Source: an uncultured Acidobacteriota bacterium
GTDB taxonomy: Bacteria > Acidobacteriota > Polarisedimenticolia > J045
DNA length: 64,000 nt
NCBI GenBank assembly: GCA_963702425.1
Contig: CAVPCQ010000037.1
Location: 128,001 to 192,000, forward strand
Reading direction: 5' to 3'
Shown in pieces: positions 54,872 through 64,000 of the stretch (its first letter is position 1; each line of letters starts with the position of its first letter). Below the pieces are notes generated by a model, which saw nothing but the letters and a program-made list of their open reading frames with translations, made no database searches and was not told where the DNA came from. A program made the translations under genes and the position numbers.

Positions 54872-55847
54872 CGAGCGCGCGTTCCTGGAGCTGGCCGGCC
54901 CGGGCCGGCGATTCGTGCTGACGACCCACGTACAGCCGGACGCCGACGGCATCGGCAGCGAGCTGGCGCTGGCTGCGCTGCTCCGCGCGCTGGGCGCGGA
55001 GGTCCGCATCGTCAACGCCGACCGGACCCCGGCCGCGCTCACTTTCCTCGACGAGGCGGGGGAGATCGCGACCTACGAGCCCGCGGAACACGACCCGCTG
55101 CTGGCCGGCGCGGACGCGATCGTCATGCTCGACAACTCGGATCCGGCGCGGCTCGGTGCGCTCGAGCCGGGCGTCCGGGCCTCGACCGCGCGCACGGTGA
55201 GCATCGATCACCATCCCGATCCCGACCCGTTCTGGTCGCTGCTCGTGGTGCGCATCGGGGTGAGCTCCACGGCGGAGGTCGTCCTCGACCTGGCGCGCGC
55301 CGCCGGCGTGCCGCCGTCACCGGCCGCGGCCCGCGCGCTCTACGCCGGCCTGGTCGGCGATACCGGGCGCTTCCGGTTCGGCAGCACCAGCGCCGAGGCG
55401 TTCGCGATGGCGGCCGAGCTGGTCCGGGCCGGCGTGTCGCCGGCGGCGATGTTCGCGCGGATGGAGGAGTGCGTCAGCGGGCCGTTCCTGAAACTGATGG
55501 GGCGCACGCTCGGGGCCGCCGAGCTGCTCGAGGGGGGCCGGCTGGTGGCGCTGAGCGTGCCGCGGGCCCTGATCGTCGAGCTGGGCGCCGAGGACGAGGA
55601 CACCTCGGAGATCATCAACGAGGCACTCCGGCTGGAACCGAGCCGCGTCGCGGTGCTGTTCCGTGAGCAGGCCGACGGACGCACCAAGGTCAGCCTCCGC
55701 AGCAAGGGGCTCTTGGACGTCAACCGGGTCGCCCGCCGCCACGGCGGCGGAGGTCACCGCAACGCGTCGGGGATCGTGCTCGGGTGTCCGCCCGACGAGG
55801 CGCGCCGGCGGCTCCTCCCCGAGCTGGCCGAGCTGGCTGCGGAGTAG
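54858..55847 (+). CDS. nrnA: DHH/DHHA1 phosphoesterase (NrnA-like nanoRNase)
   Basis: THVQPDADGIGS, IDHH, GDTGRF, KVSLRS, GGGGHRNASG. Confidence 0.9.
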   Translation: MAAADERAFLELAGPGRRFVLTTHVQPDADGIGSELALAALLRALGAEVRIVNADRTPAALTFLDEAGEIATYEPAEHDPLLAGADAIVMLDNSDPARLGALEPGVRASTARTVSIDHHPDPDPFWSLLVVRIGVSSTAEVVLDLARAAGVPPSPAAARALYAGLVGDTGRFRFGSTSAEAFAMAAELVRAGVSPAAMFARMEECVSGPFLKLMGRTLGAAELLEGGRLVALSVPRALIVELGAEDEDTSEIINEALRLEPSRVAVLFREQADGRTKVSLRSKGLLDVNRVARRHGGGGHRNASGIVLGCPPDEARRRLLPELAELAAE

Positions 55848-56707
55848 CGCGCCTCGAGGCACGCCACCAGGGCCGCGGCGACGTTGCGGCCGGAGGCGCT
55901 CTCGATCCCCTGCAGGCCGGGCGAGGCGTTCACCTCGAGCACCAGCGGCCCCTTCGGCGACTCCATCAGGTCGACCCCCGCCGCGCGCAGCCCCACGGCG
56001 CGCACCGCCTCGATCGCGATGCGCCGCTCCTCGGGCTCGGCGTGGTGCACGACCGCCACGCCGCCACGGTGCAGGTTGTTACGGAACTCGCCGGCGGCCG
56101 CGCGCCGCCGCATCGCGGCCACGACCCGGCCGCCGGCGACGATCAGCCGGAGGTCGCCGTCGCCGCGCAGGAACGGCTGCACGAGGATGTGCTGGTTGAA
56201 GACGTGGAACGCGCCGACGATCGACTCCGCCCCCGCCGCGCTCTCGGCCAGCATCACCCCCATCCCCTGGCTGCCGTCGCTGAGCTTGACCACGACCGGC
56301 GCCCCGCCGAGGACCTCGATCCCGCCCCGCACGTCCCGCGCGTCCCGGGCGAACGCCGTCGCGACGGCGGGCACCCCGTGCCGGGCCAGGCACTGCAGCG
56401 TCGAGAGCTTGTCGCGGGCGATTGCGATCCCGCTCGCGGAATTGAGGCCGGGGACCCCCAGCGATTCGAGCTGGCGCAGCACGGCGAGGCCCGCGAACGA
56501 CCACGAACGGCCGATCCGGGGGAGGACGGCGTCGACCGGCCCGAGCGGCTCGCCGCGGTGGAGCAGCGCCGAGCGTCGGCCGTCTACCAGCATCGCGCAG
56601 CGCAACGGGTCGACGACCCGCACCTCGTGGCCACGGGCACGGCAGACCAGGGTCAGCCGTGCCGTGCTGTAGAGGTGCCGGGAGCGGGACAGGATGACGA
56701 TTCTCAA
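55754..56707 (-). CDS. rimK: RimK family ATP-grasp alpha-L-glutamate ligase
   Basis: ILSRSRHLYSTARL, ARDKL, GSQGMGV, EFRNNLHRGG, AGVDL, LEVNASPGLQGIE. Confidence 0.92.
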   Translation of the reverse strand: MRIVILSRSRHLYSTARLTLVCRARGHEVRVVDPLRCAMLVDGRRSALLHRGEPLGPVDAVLPRIGRSWSFAGLAVLRQLESLGVPGLNSASGIAIARDKLSTLQCLARHGVPAVATAFARDARDVRGGIEVLGGAPVVVKLSDGSQGMGVMLAESAAGAESIVGAFHVFNQHILVQPFLRGDGDLRLIVAGGRVVAAMRRRAAAGEFRNNLHRGGVAVVHHAEPEERRIAIEAVRAVGLRAAGVDLMESPKGPLVLEVNASPGLQGIESASGRNVAAALVACLEARYSAASSASSGRSRRRASSGGHPSTIPDALR

Positions 56708-56802
56708 GGGGGCGCGCTCCAGGGGGCGTGCCGGGTCAGTATAGATCGATGCCCCAGTTCTCCGTCCGTCGCTGTTGACAGGCGGGGGGCGCGGCGGCGA
56801 CG

Positions 56803-57474
56803 ATGCCAGCCTCCCCCTTCCCCTTCCGCGAGGACCGCGATCCCGTGTTGCGCGTCGGCATCCTCCTCGCCGGCTGCGGAGCCCACGACGGTACCGATCC
56901 GTTCGAGGTCGCGTTCGCGGCGCTGGCGCTGGACCGTCACGGCGTGCGCGTGGCGTACCTCGCGCCGGCCGGCCCGCTCCAGGAGGTCATGGACCACATC
57001 GCCGGGATGCGCGACGAGTCGGCCGCCCCGCGCCGGCTCGATGTCGAGAGCGCGCGGATCGCGCGCGGCCCGCTGCTCGCCTTCGACGAAAGCGGAGCGC
57101 TCGGCCTTTCGGCGCTCGTCGTCCCGGGGGGTGCCGGGGTCGTCAAGTGCCTGATGCACGGCGCCTTGGTGCCAGGCGAGCGAGCCGAACTGCACGAGGC
57201 GGTCCGGCGCCCGCTGGTCGCGCTCCGCGCGCGCGGAGCGCCGCTCGGCGCGATCGGACTCGGGATCGAGGTGCTCGCCCGGATCGAGCCGGAGGCGACG
57301 TTCGATGCCTTTGCGACACCGCCCCGGACGGCCGGGGTGGACGAGGCGCGGAAGCTGGCCTGGGCCCCCGGGTTCCTCGGGACGGATCGCCCGGCCGACG
57401 CCGCGGCCGGGATCGAGGCGATGGTGAAGGCGCTGGCGCGGATGCTGGGCCGGCCGGCAGCCCTTCCGCGATAA
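56803..57474 (+). CDS. ElbB-like DJ-1/PfpI family protein
   Basis: ILLAGCGAHDGTD..E, ESARIARG, VVPGGAG; the usual Cys of GAIC appears as GAIG. Confidence 0.75.
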   Translation: MPASPFPFREDRDPVLRVGILLAGCGAHDGTDPFEVAFAALALDRHGVRVAYLAPAGPLQEVMDHIAGMRDESAAPRRLDVESARIARGPLLAFDESGALGLSALVVPGGAGVVKCLMHGALVPGERAELHEAVRRPLVALRARGAPLGAIGLGIEVLARIEPEATFDAFATPPRTAGVDEARKLAWAPGFLGTDRPADAAAGIEAMVKALARMLGRPAALPR

Positions 57475-57495
57475 TGGCGTCCGGAGTCGAGACGG

Positions 57496-58426
57496 ATGAC
57501 GAAGAGCAAGCGTGCGCTGCTGAAGATCCTCCTGATGACGCCCAGGCCCCTGGTCTGGCGCTTCGCCCGGACCTACATCGCGGGCGACACGCTCGATGAC
57601 GCCGCACGGACGATCCGCGAGCTGAACGCCGAACGAGTCTGCGCGACCGTCGACGTGCTCGGGGAGTGGGTCGAGAACGAGGGCGAGGTCCAGTTCTTCG
57701 TCGACCAGTACGGCAAGACGATCGACCGGATCGTCGCCGACCGGCTCGACGCCAACGTATCGATCAAGCCGACCGCGATGGGGCTGGCGATCGCCCCCGA
57801 CCTGGCGTTCCGCTCGATCAGCGCGGTTCTCGAGCGCGCGAAGCGGCACGGCCTGTTCGTGCGCCTCGACATGGAGGACAGCCCCTACACCCAGGCGACG
57901 CTCGACCTCTATTTCCGGCTGCGCGAGGCCGGCTTCGACAACGTCGGCGTCGTGCTCCAGGCCTACCTGCGCCGGACCCTCGACGACGCCGCGCGGCTGG
58001 CGGACGGCCGGGGCGTCGGTCCGGCTGTGCAAGGGGATCTACGTCGAGCCGCGCACCCTCGCGTACCAGCAGTTCGACGCCGTGCGGGAGGGGTTCGTGG
58101 CGGCGATGGAGATCCTGATGAAAGGGAAGGGCTACACCGCCGTGGCGACCCACGACGAGTGGCTCGCCTTCCGGGGTCAGGCGATCGCCCGGTCGCTGGC
58201 ACTGCCGCGCGACCGATTCGAGTTCCAGATGCTGCTCGGCGTCGATCCCGAGCTGCGGCGGATCATCGTCGGGCAGGGCTACAAGATGCGGGTCTACGTG
58301 CCGTACGGGAACGGCTGGTTCGGCTACTCGATCCGGCGCCTGCTCGAGAACCCGAAGTTCGCGACGCACGTCGTGAAGAACGTGCTCGGCCTTGGCCCCG
58401 GGTCGGGGGCGGCTGCGAAGGCGTGA
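57496..58426 (+). CDS. Proline dehydrogenase (monofunctional), frameshift near 58015
   Basis: YIAG, SIKPTAMG, RLDMEDS, VLQAYLRRT; next frame RLCKGIYVEP, ATHDE, FEFQMLLGV, RVYVPYG, RRLLENP. Confidence 0.9.
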
Positions 58427-59148
58427 AGATCTTCGCGCTGGGCGATCCGCACCTTTCGTTCGGCCGTCCCAAGCCGATGGACATCTTCGGCCCGCTCTGG
58501 GTCGACCACCCGCGGCGGATCGCCGAGGCCTGGGACGCGGTCGTAGGAGCGGACGACGTCGTCCTGGTCCCGGGTGACATCTCCTGGGCCCACACGCTCG
58601 ACGAGGCGGCGCCCGACCTGGGCTTCCTCGCCGCGCGGCGGGGGCGGCTGAAGGTCCTGCTGAAGGGCAACCACGACTCCTGGTGGCCGTCGATCGGGAA
58701 GCTGCGGGCGGCCCTCCCACCGACGCTGGCGGCGCTCGACAAGGACGCGCTGCGGCTCCGGGAGGGGGTCGTGCTGTGCGGGGCCCGCGGCTGGAACCTC
58801 CCCGAGATGCCCTGGAGCGACCCGGAGAAGGACCCGGCGATCTTCCACCGCGAGCTGGTCCGCCTCGGCCTCTCGCTGGCCGCGGCGCGCGCCCTCGCGC
58901 AGCCGCGCGACATGCTGCTGGCCCTGTTGCACTACCCGCCGCTCGGCCCGGGCGCGACGACGAGCCGCGTGCTCGAGGAACTCGCGGGCGCGGGGGTGAC
59001 CCGCGCGGTCTACGGCCACCTCCACGCCGACGACCACCGCTGGGCCCCGCGCGGGCCTCACGGCGGGGTCGAGCTGGTCTTCGTCGCCGCCGACTACACC
59101 GCCTTTTCGCCGGTGGAGGTCTGGGACTCCGCCCGCCCGGGTCACTGA
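58423..59148 (+). CDS. Calcineurin-like metallophosphoesterase
   Basis: GDPHLS, PGDISW, KGNHD, LHYPP, YGHLH; GTG overlaps the upstream stop. Confidence 0.9.
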   Translation: MKIFALGDPHLSFGRPKPMDIFGPLWVDHPRRIAEAWDAVVGADDVVLVPGDISWAHTLDEAAPDLGFLAARRGRLKVLLKGNHDSWWPSIGKLRAALPPTLAALDKDALRLREGVVLCGARGWNLPEMPWSDPEKDPAIFHRELVRLGLSLAAARALAQPRDMLLALLHYPPLGPGATTSRVLEELAGAGVTRAVYGHLHADDHRWAPRGPHGGVELVFVAADYTAFSPVEVWDSARPGH

Positions 59149-59402
59149 CCTCGCGAGATGGACACCGGGGAGGACGATCTTGCTGTCCCGCGGGAACCGA
59201 GCAGTCGGCCGTGGGGCCGGCCGCGAAGCGCACGCCGATGCCGCTCTACGAGAACCGTCGCAGTCTCGCTGGAGTCCGAGTCGCGACCCGAACGTTTCGA
59301 GCACGCGGGGTGCGACCCGCTCCGCGGGGCGCACGATCCGCCGCGGCCGCCAGGGACGTTCACGGTGACTCCCCGCCGGCGTGCGGGACTGTAGCCGCCG
59401 TC

Positions 59403-59633
59403 CTACGGGCGAATACCCCCGCCGGAGAGAAGTCGGCCCCGGGGTCGCCCGGCCGTCGGTGTTGCGAACTCTCGAGTCGCCGCTACCTGGCCGCGCCCCC
59501 TCGCGACCCGCAGGCTCGCGAAGAGGCCGCAGGCACGACAACGGAACCACTCCAGATCCGCCAGTGTGCCAAGGGGGACACCCTCGCCGCCGCAGGCTTC
59601 GCACTCGACGTAGAGCAGATCGTCATGGATCAC
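59403..59633 (-). CDS. Small zinc-ribbon protein (76 aa)
   Basis: GAGGAGG RBS, GTG start; CEACGG...WFRCRACG (two CxxC). Confidence 0.55.
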   Translation of the reverse strand: MIHDDLLYVECEACGGEGVPLGTLADLEWFRCRACGLFASLRVARGRGQVAATREFATPTAGRPRGRLLSGGGIRP

Positions 59634-59861
59634 GGTTCCTCCTCCTCGGGCGCGAAGAGCAGCACGATCAGCACGATCAGCACGGTCACGAAAAACGGCC
59701 ATGGGAGCTCGCCGAGGTCTCGCTCTTCGACCCCGAGCCCCCGACACATCACGCGCCGGTACCGCGGGGCCAGACCCCCCCACGCCCGCGCTAGCCACCA
59801 GTCGCCCGACGCCCAGCAGCAGCACGGGCACGAGCGCCTCGAGGAACGTCGCCGCACTCAC
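59630..59861 (-). CDS. Small membrane protein, probably frameshifted
   Basis: GTG overlapping the upstream TGA gives VSAATFLEALVPVLLLGVG; the other frame ends WPFFVTVLIVLIVLLFAPEEEEP with TGA overlapping the next GTG. Confidence 0.35.
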
Positions 59862-60202
59862 CTCGGCCGGGGCCTTCCGCTGTAGAACATCGCCTCTTCC
59901 GACTCGGTCAACGCCGCCCATGAGCACTTGGATACCAGTTGGATCGCCCCGCCGCGGGTGCACCGGTGCGGTTCGTGCGGGTAGACAGCCGCGACCGAGG
60001 CCCCAGACAATCCGCAACTCGTCGGCGGGAGGATTGCGGGGTTCCTGCGCTCACGCCGTCCGTCGAGCGCGATCGGGCCGGAACACCGCGCGGCGATCCC
60101 GAGCCCCACCTGCACGAGTTGCGCGAGCTCGAGCGGGATCAGGGACGACTTGATTCTCGACCCCTGGTACGTCCGCTTCGCCTTGCTCATCTCTCGTGCC
60201 AT
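59858..60202 (-). CDS. Small hypothetical protein
   Basis: Purine-rich RBS (GGAAAGG) before ATG; MAREMSKAKRTYQGSRIKSSLIPLELAQL... Confidence 0.35.
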   Translation of the reverse strand: MAREMSKAKRTYQGSRIKSSLIPLELAQLVQVGLGIAARCSGPIALDGRRERRNPAILPPTSCGLSGASVAAVYPHEPHRCTRGGAIQLVSKCSWAALTESEEAMFYSGRPRPR

Positions 60203-60436
60203 CCTTTCCGTCCTTCCCGCGCGCGCTTCGCGCCGTGAGGCCGGGTCGCGGCGGTGAGTTCGCAAGGCGACGCCGCCGCGGCGCAGGTTTCGGGGGAAGG
60301 CACCGCGATCCCGGCTCTCTTGTCCAGAAGGGGGCAGCGGGTGACCGGGAGAGGGGACGCGCTAGGGCGTTTCATGGCACCTCGTGACGAGAGAGAATCC
60401 GCGCCGGGCGCGGAAGGACGGGGTTGCGGAGGACCG

Positions 60437-60833
60437 ATGCCGATCTACGAGTACCGCTGCCAAGCCTGCGGCGACGAGTTCGAGATCATCCAGAAGCTCT
60501 CGGACGCGCCGCTCTCGCGCTGCAAGAAGTGCGGCGGGTCGCTCGAGAAGCTCTTCTCGCGCACGGCCTTCCTGCTCAAGGGGGGGGGCTGGTACGCGGA
60601 TGGTTACGGCGGGCCCGGGATCGAAGAAGGGGTCCGGCGAAAGTGAGACCGCGCCAGGGAAGGGGTCCGGGGGAGGGGAGACCGGCCCAAGGAAGGAGTC
60701 CGGCGGAGGGGAGGCCGCTCCCAGGAAAGAGGGGGCCCCCTCGAAGGACGGGGGGAGCGCAGCCAAGAGCGAGCGCTCATCCGTTCCGCCGGCCGGACCC
60801 TCGTCGTCCTCGTCATCCTCGTCATCTGACTGA
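60437..60833 (+). CDS. FmdB family zinc-ribbon regulatory protein (frameshift near 60615)
   Basis: MPIYEYRCQACG.EFE...CKKCGG...LKGGGWYADGY; low-complexity tail in the next frame. Confidence 0.88.
60624..60722 (+). repeat. Imperfect 33-bp tandem repeat x3 in the FmdB tail
   Basis: Units encode KKGSGESETAP / GKGSGGGETGP / RKESGGGEAAP. Confidence 0.7.
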
Positions 60834-60844
60834 CCCGGCGAAGG

Positions 60845-60873
60845 TTGACCGTCGCGTCGCGTGCCGGTAGCAT
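60845..60873 (+). promoter_or_regulatory. Sigma70-type promoter about 490 nt upstream of rny
   Basis: TTGACC-N17-TAGCAT. Confidence 0.7.
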
Positions 60874-60878
60874 GCCTT

Positions 60879-61215
60879 GACGGGCGGTTGAAGACCGTCC
60901 GCGGAAGGCACGCATGACGCCCCGGCGGTCCCTGAAGCGACCGTCCCCGGACGTTCGCAGAGTATTCAGCGCGAGAGAGTTGCCAGCGGGCCAGCCGGCG
61001 TTCCGGTTGGTCATGAGGTGGTTCTGCCTCGCGCGTCTGATCACGGGGATCGCCCGTTCGACCGGTTGGATCCGGCTCTTCCCGACGCCGCGCCACTCGC
61101 TGTTCCTGTCCTACGCACCGGCGCCCGGCTGGCCGCGTTCACCCGCCGTTCTCGACGCTCAGCACCCGGACCGCCCGACCTTCCCGTCCATCAGGCTCAC
61201 CGCCTGCGGCGGCGT
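60879..61215 (+). ncRNA. Structured RNA candidate (6S RNA-like or rny leader); boundaries uncertain
   Basis: Begins just after the promoter; nested complementary segments GGCCAGCCGG/CCGGTTGGTC, GCGCGAG/CTCGCGC, TCCCCG/CGGGGA, GACGGGCGGT/ATCGCCCGTT; no convincing ORF. Confidence 0.4.
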
Positions 61216-61365
61216 GGCGATGCTGCCGCGCCCCTCCGGCGGCCATCGCGGGGAAGGCGGAATCGGACGCGACCGCGGCCTGTGGGCCGTGTCGCGGGGG
61301 AGCTGAGCGCGCGGGGCACGCACGCGTCGCCTTCCAGCTGAGCCCACGGGGCTCCTGGAGGCGAG

Positions 61366-62964
61366 ATGCACGGTCTTGTCCTGGCCGCGGACGCGAACGG
61401 CACGCTGGTCGTCTGGCTGGCCGTCGCGGGTCTCTCCGGCCTGCTGTTCGGTGCCGTTCTCGGCTGGCTCCTGGCGGCGCGCGGCGGCCGGGGAATCGTC
61501 GCCACCGCGCGGCGCGAGGCGTCGGCCCTGCTCGAACAGGCCCGGAACCGGGCCGACGAGCAGGTACGGGGTCTCGTCGCCCAGGCCGAGCAGGAAGCGG
61601 CCGGCAAGCGCGAGCGGTGGGCCGAAGAAGAGCGGAGCCGGGTCGCTCGGATCACGGAGCAGGAGGAAGAAGCCGAACGACTGCATCGGCGGCTGGTCGA
61701 CCGCGACCGGGCCCTGGCCCGGCGCGACGAGCTGCTGGGCGAGCGGGAAGGCGAGATCGATCGCAAGCGGCAGGAACTCACCCGGCAGCGGGAGCGCCAG
61801 GCGGAGCTGGAGCAGCAGACCCTGCTCCGGCTCGAGGAGGTCGCGGGACTGTCGCGCGACGAGGCCAAACGCCAGATCGTCGAGGCGTTCCGCGCCGAGG
61901 CGCGCCAGGCCGCGGCGTCGGAGATCCGTGCGATCAAGGAGGAAGCCCAGCGCAACGCCGAGCTCGAGGCGCAGAAGATCATGGCGCTGGCGATCGAGCG
62001 CTTGGCGTCCGATTTTTCGGCGGAGCGCAGCGTCTACTCCGTGCCGCTCCCGGACCCGCAGCTGCGGGGCCGGATCATCGGGGCCGAGGGGCGAAACATC
62101 CGCACCTTCGAGAAGCTCACGGGGATGCAGCTCGTGATGGACGACGATCCGACCCACGTGCTCGTCTCGGGCTTCAACCCGATCAAGCGCGAGGTCGCCA
62201 AGCGCTCGCTCGAGCGCCTGATCGAAGGCGGGACGATCCACCCGCGCAAGATCATCCAGGTCGTCGCGTCGAGCCGGAAGCGGCTGGATCAGGAGATGCA
62301 GAAGGCCGGCCAGGAGGCCGTCGACGAGTTCTCCTTCCGCTCCGTGCACCCCGAGATCGTCGGGCTGCTGGGGCGCCTCCGGTACCGCACCAGCTACGGC
62401 CAGAATGTCCTGGAGCACGTCAAAGAGGCGGCCTGGATCTGCGGGATCATGGCCGCCGAGCTGGGGCTCGACCAGAAGCTGGCACAGCGCGCGGCGCTGC
62501 TGCACGACATCGGCAAGGCGGTCGACTTCGAGCGCGAAGGGACGCACCCCGAGATCGGCGGCAAGCTGGCCCGCCAGTACGGCGAGCCGGAAGTGGTCGT
62601 CAACGCCATCGAGTCGCACCACGACGACTGCGAGGTGATCGATCCGATCTCGGTACTGGTCGCGGCGGCGGACGCGCTGTCCGGCGCGCGCCCCGGGGCC
62701 CGGCGCCGGACCACCGTGGACTACATCCGGCGCGTGACGCAGCTCGAGGAGCTGGCGCGCTCGTTCCCGGCAGTCGACAGCTGCTACGCGCTCCAGGCGG
62801 GGCGGGAGATCCGCGTCATCGTGGAACCCAAACGGATCAACGACGACGGCGTGGCGCTGCTGGCGCACGACCTGACGCAGCGGATCCAGTCCGAAATGGA
62901 CTTCCCGGGCCGGATCAAGGTCACGATCATCCGCGAGGTCCGGGCCCAGGCCGTCGCCCGCTGA
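61366..62964 (+). CDS. rny: Ribonuclease Y
   Basis: N-terminal TM, coiled coil, KH GRIIGAEGRNIR, RYRTSYGQNVL.H, LLHDIGK, ADALSGARPGAR, FPGRIKVTIIRE. Confidence 0.97.
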   Translation: MHGLVLAADANGTLVVWLAVAGLSGLLFGAVLGWLLAARGGRGIVATARREASALLEQARNRADEQVRGLVAQAEQEAAGKRERWAEEERSRVARITEQEEEAERLHRRLVDRDRALARRDELLGEREGEIDRKRQELTRQRERQAELEQQTLLRLEEVAGLSRDEAKRQIVEAFRAEARQAAASEIRAIKEEAQRNAELEAQKIMALAIERLASDFSAERSVYSVPLPDPQLRGRIIGAEGRNIRTFEKLTGMQLVMDDDPTHVLVSGFNPIKREVAKRSLERLIEGGTIHPRKIIQVVASSRKRLDQEMQKAGQEAVDEFSFRSVHPEIVGLLGRLRYRTSYGQNVLEHVKEAAWICGIMAAELGLDQKLAQRAALLHDIGKAVDFEREGTHPEIGGKLARQYGEPEVVVNAIESHHDDCEVIDPISVLVAAADALSGARPGARRRTTVDYIRRVTQLEELARSFPAVDSCYALQAGREIRVIVEPKRINDDGVALLAHDLTQRIQSEMDFPGRIKVTIIREVRAQAVAR

Positions 62965-63055
62965 CGCCGGCTGTGGTCCGACGAGTCGGCGATCGTCTCG
63001 AGGATCCCCGACGGCTTGGCCGCGGGCATCCCGACCCGTCCTACAATCGGGTGCG

Positions 63056-63724
63056 ATGACGCGGCGGGAGCAGGGGATCCCCGGAGAGGTGCGGGAGGAG
63101 TTCCTGCGCCTGACGGCGCAGGCCCTGGAGTCGCTCTCGTGCGGCACGATCGGGGTCTCTCGCGCTACCCAGTCGATGGCCCCGCTCTTCCTCGGCGGCG
63201 AGCGCCTGGCGTGGCGCCGGACGGAGTCGACGCCGCGCACCGGCGAGCTGCTGCTGTACCTGCAGCGGCCGGGACCGATCGTGCATCGCGTCGTCGGCCG
63301 CGCCGCCCGCGGAAGCTGGCGCACCAAGGGCGACAACCGACCGATCTGCGACCTGCTCTTCGTGTCCGAGCGCGAGGTGCTGGGGCGGATCGTCGCGTTC
63401 GAGCGCGGCGGCGAGGTCTTCGCGCTCGAGGGGCGCGGCGCGCGGTGCTATGCCCGGGCGGCGGCGTTCCTCTCTCGCGCCGGCGATCTCGCCTACCGCG
63501 CTGCAGCGCTGGGGGACGCGGTGCTGCGGCGCGCGCTCTTCGTCCTCGGCGAGCGGGCCGACCGGGAGCTCCTGCGGCGCCCCGCCTGGTGGGCGCAGCG
63601 GCTCTCGCAGCGCGCGCTCCACGCCCTGCTGTTCGATGCCTGCCACGCGCGGCTGACGGAGCTGCCGTACCCGGAGGCCGACCCGGCGACCGGCGCCGGG
63701 CCCCTTCCCGGAGTCGCACCATGA
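63056..63724 (+). CDS. S24/S26 family peptidase-like protein
   Basis: SMAP, IVHRVV and TKGDN motifs as in archaeal-type/SipW signal peptidases. Confidence 0.7.
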   Translation: MTRREQGIPGEVREEFLRLTAQALESLSCGTIGVSRATQSMAPLFLGGERLAWRRTESTPRTGELLLYLQRPGPIVHRVVGRAARGSWRTKGDNRPICDLLFVSEREVLGRIVAFERGGEVFALEGRGARCYARAAAFLSRAGDLAYRAAALGDAVLRRALFVLGERADRELLRRPAWWAQRLSQRALHALLFDACHARLTELPYPEADPATGAGPLPGVAP

Positions 63725-64000
63725 ACCAGTCCGGTCCGAGCGGTTGCACCTACTTCTCCGTCGACGTCGAGGCCAGCGGCCCGGTCCCCGGGCTCTACAA
63801 CCTGGTCAGCCTCGGCGCGACCGTCGCGGCCAAGGGCGCCGACGGGCGCTACCGGCTCGGCGAGTCGTTCTATGCCGAGCTCAAGCCGGTCTTTCCCGGC
63901 CAGGATCCGAGCGCCAACCAGGTCCACGGCCTCGACCCCGAGCGGCTAGCCCGCGAGGGCCTGGACCCGCGCGCGGCGCTCGCGGCGCTGTCGGACTTCG
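63721..64000 (+). CDS. DEDD 3'-5' exonuclease family protein (partial)
   Basis: Manual translation MNQSGPSGCTYFSVDVEASGPVPGLYNLVSLGA...FYAELKP...ANQVHGL; ATG overlaps the upstream stop. Confidence 0.82.
   Translation, partial: MNQSGPSGCTYFSVDVEASGPVPGLYNLVSLGATVAAKGADGRYRLGESFYAELKPVFPGQDPSANQVHGLDPERLAREGLDPRAALAALSDF

Noticed and set aside
50711-55042. Apparent 1443-aa fusion containing SdhA
   Set aside because: Real sdhA starts at 52534; the upstream part overlaps sdhC and plus-strand genes.
29870-60620. Programmed frameshifting or pseudogenes in GST, ompW-like, GHMP kinase, PRODH and fmdB
   Set aside because: No shared slippery motif and no other decay; best explained by long-read indel errors.

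Overview
Very GC-rich (roughly 70%+ by eye) bacterial chromosomal window. Gene content (Bacillus-type sdhCAB, pilT-recX-alaS, giant Cys-rich secreted S8 and FG-GAP/TSP3 proteins) is compatible with an uncultured Acidobacteriota-like genome; this is inference only. Scattered single-base frameshifts in otherwise intact genes point to an unpolished long-read assembly. Most genes are housekeeping or metabolic: ilvE, alaS, hppD, nuoI, dxs, pepA, pcnB, sdhCAB, rimK, rny, tRNA-Thr. Three things stand out. (1) A duplicated two-gene cassette encodes four paralogous lipoproteins of no recognisable family (A1-B1, A2-B2). It has matched promoters, strong RBSs, terminators, four conserved extra cysteines and pair-specific co-variation, and it lies beside a subtilase and a giant adhesin; it is a candidate new surface polymer system. 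(2) A complete group II intron sits exactly on the start codon of an apparently leaderless M16 peptidase gene. It is flanked by ATG on both sides, and its 3' end rebuilds an RBS plus ATG for the host gene. (3) Both giant secreted proteins end in a similar C-terminal domain finishing in Cys-Pro. Also noted: a structured (6S-like?) RNA candidate upstream of rny and a small coupled-ORF islet near 59.4-60.2 kb.
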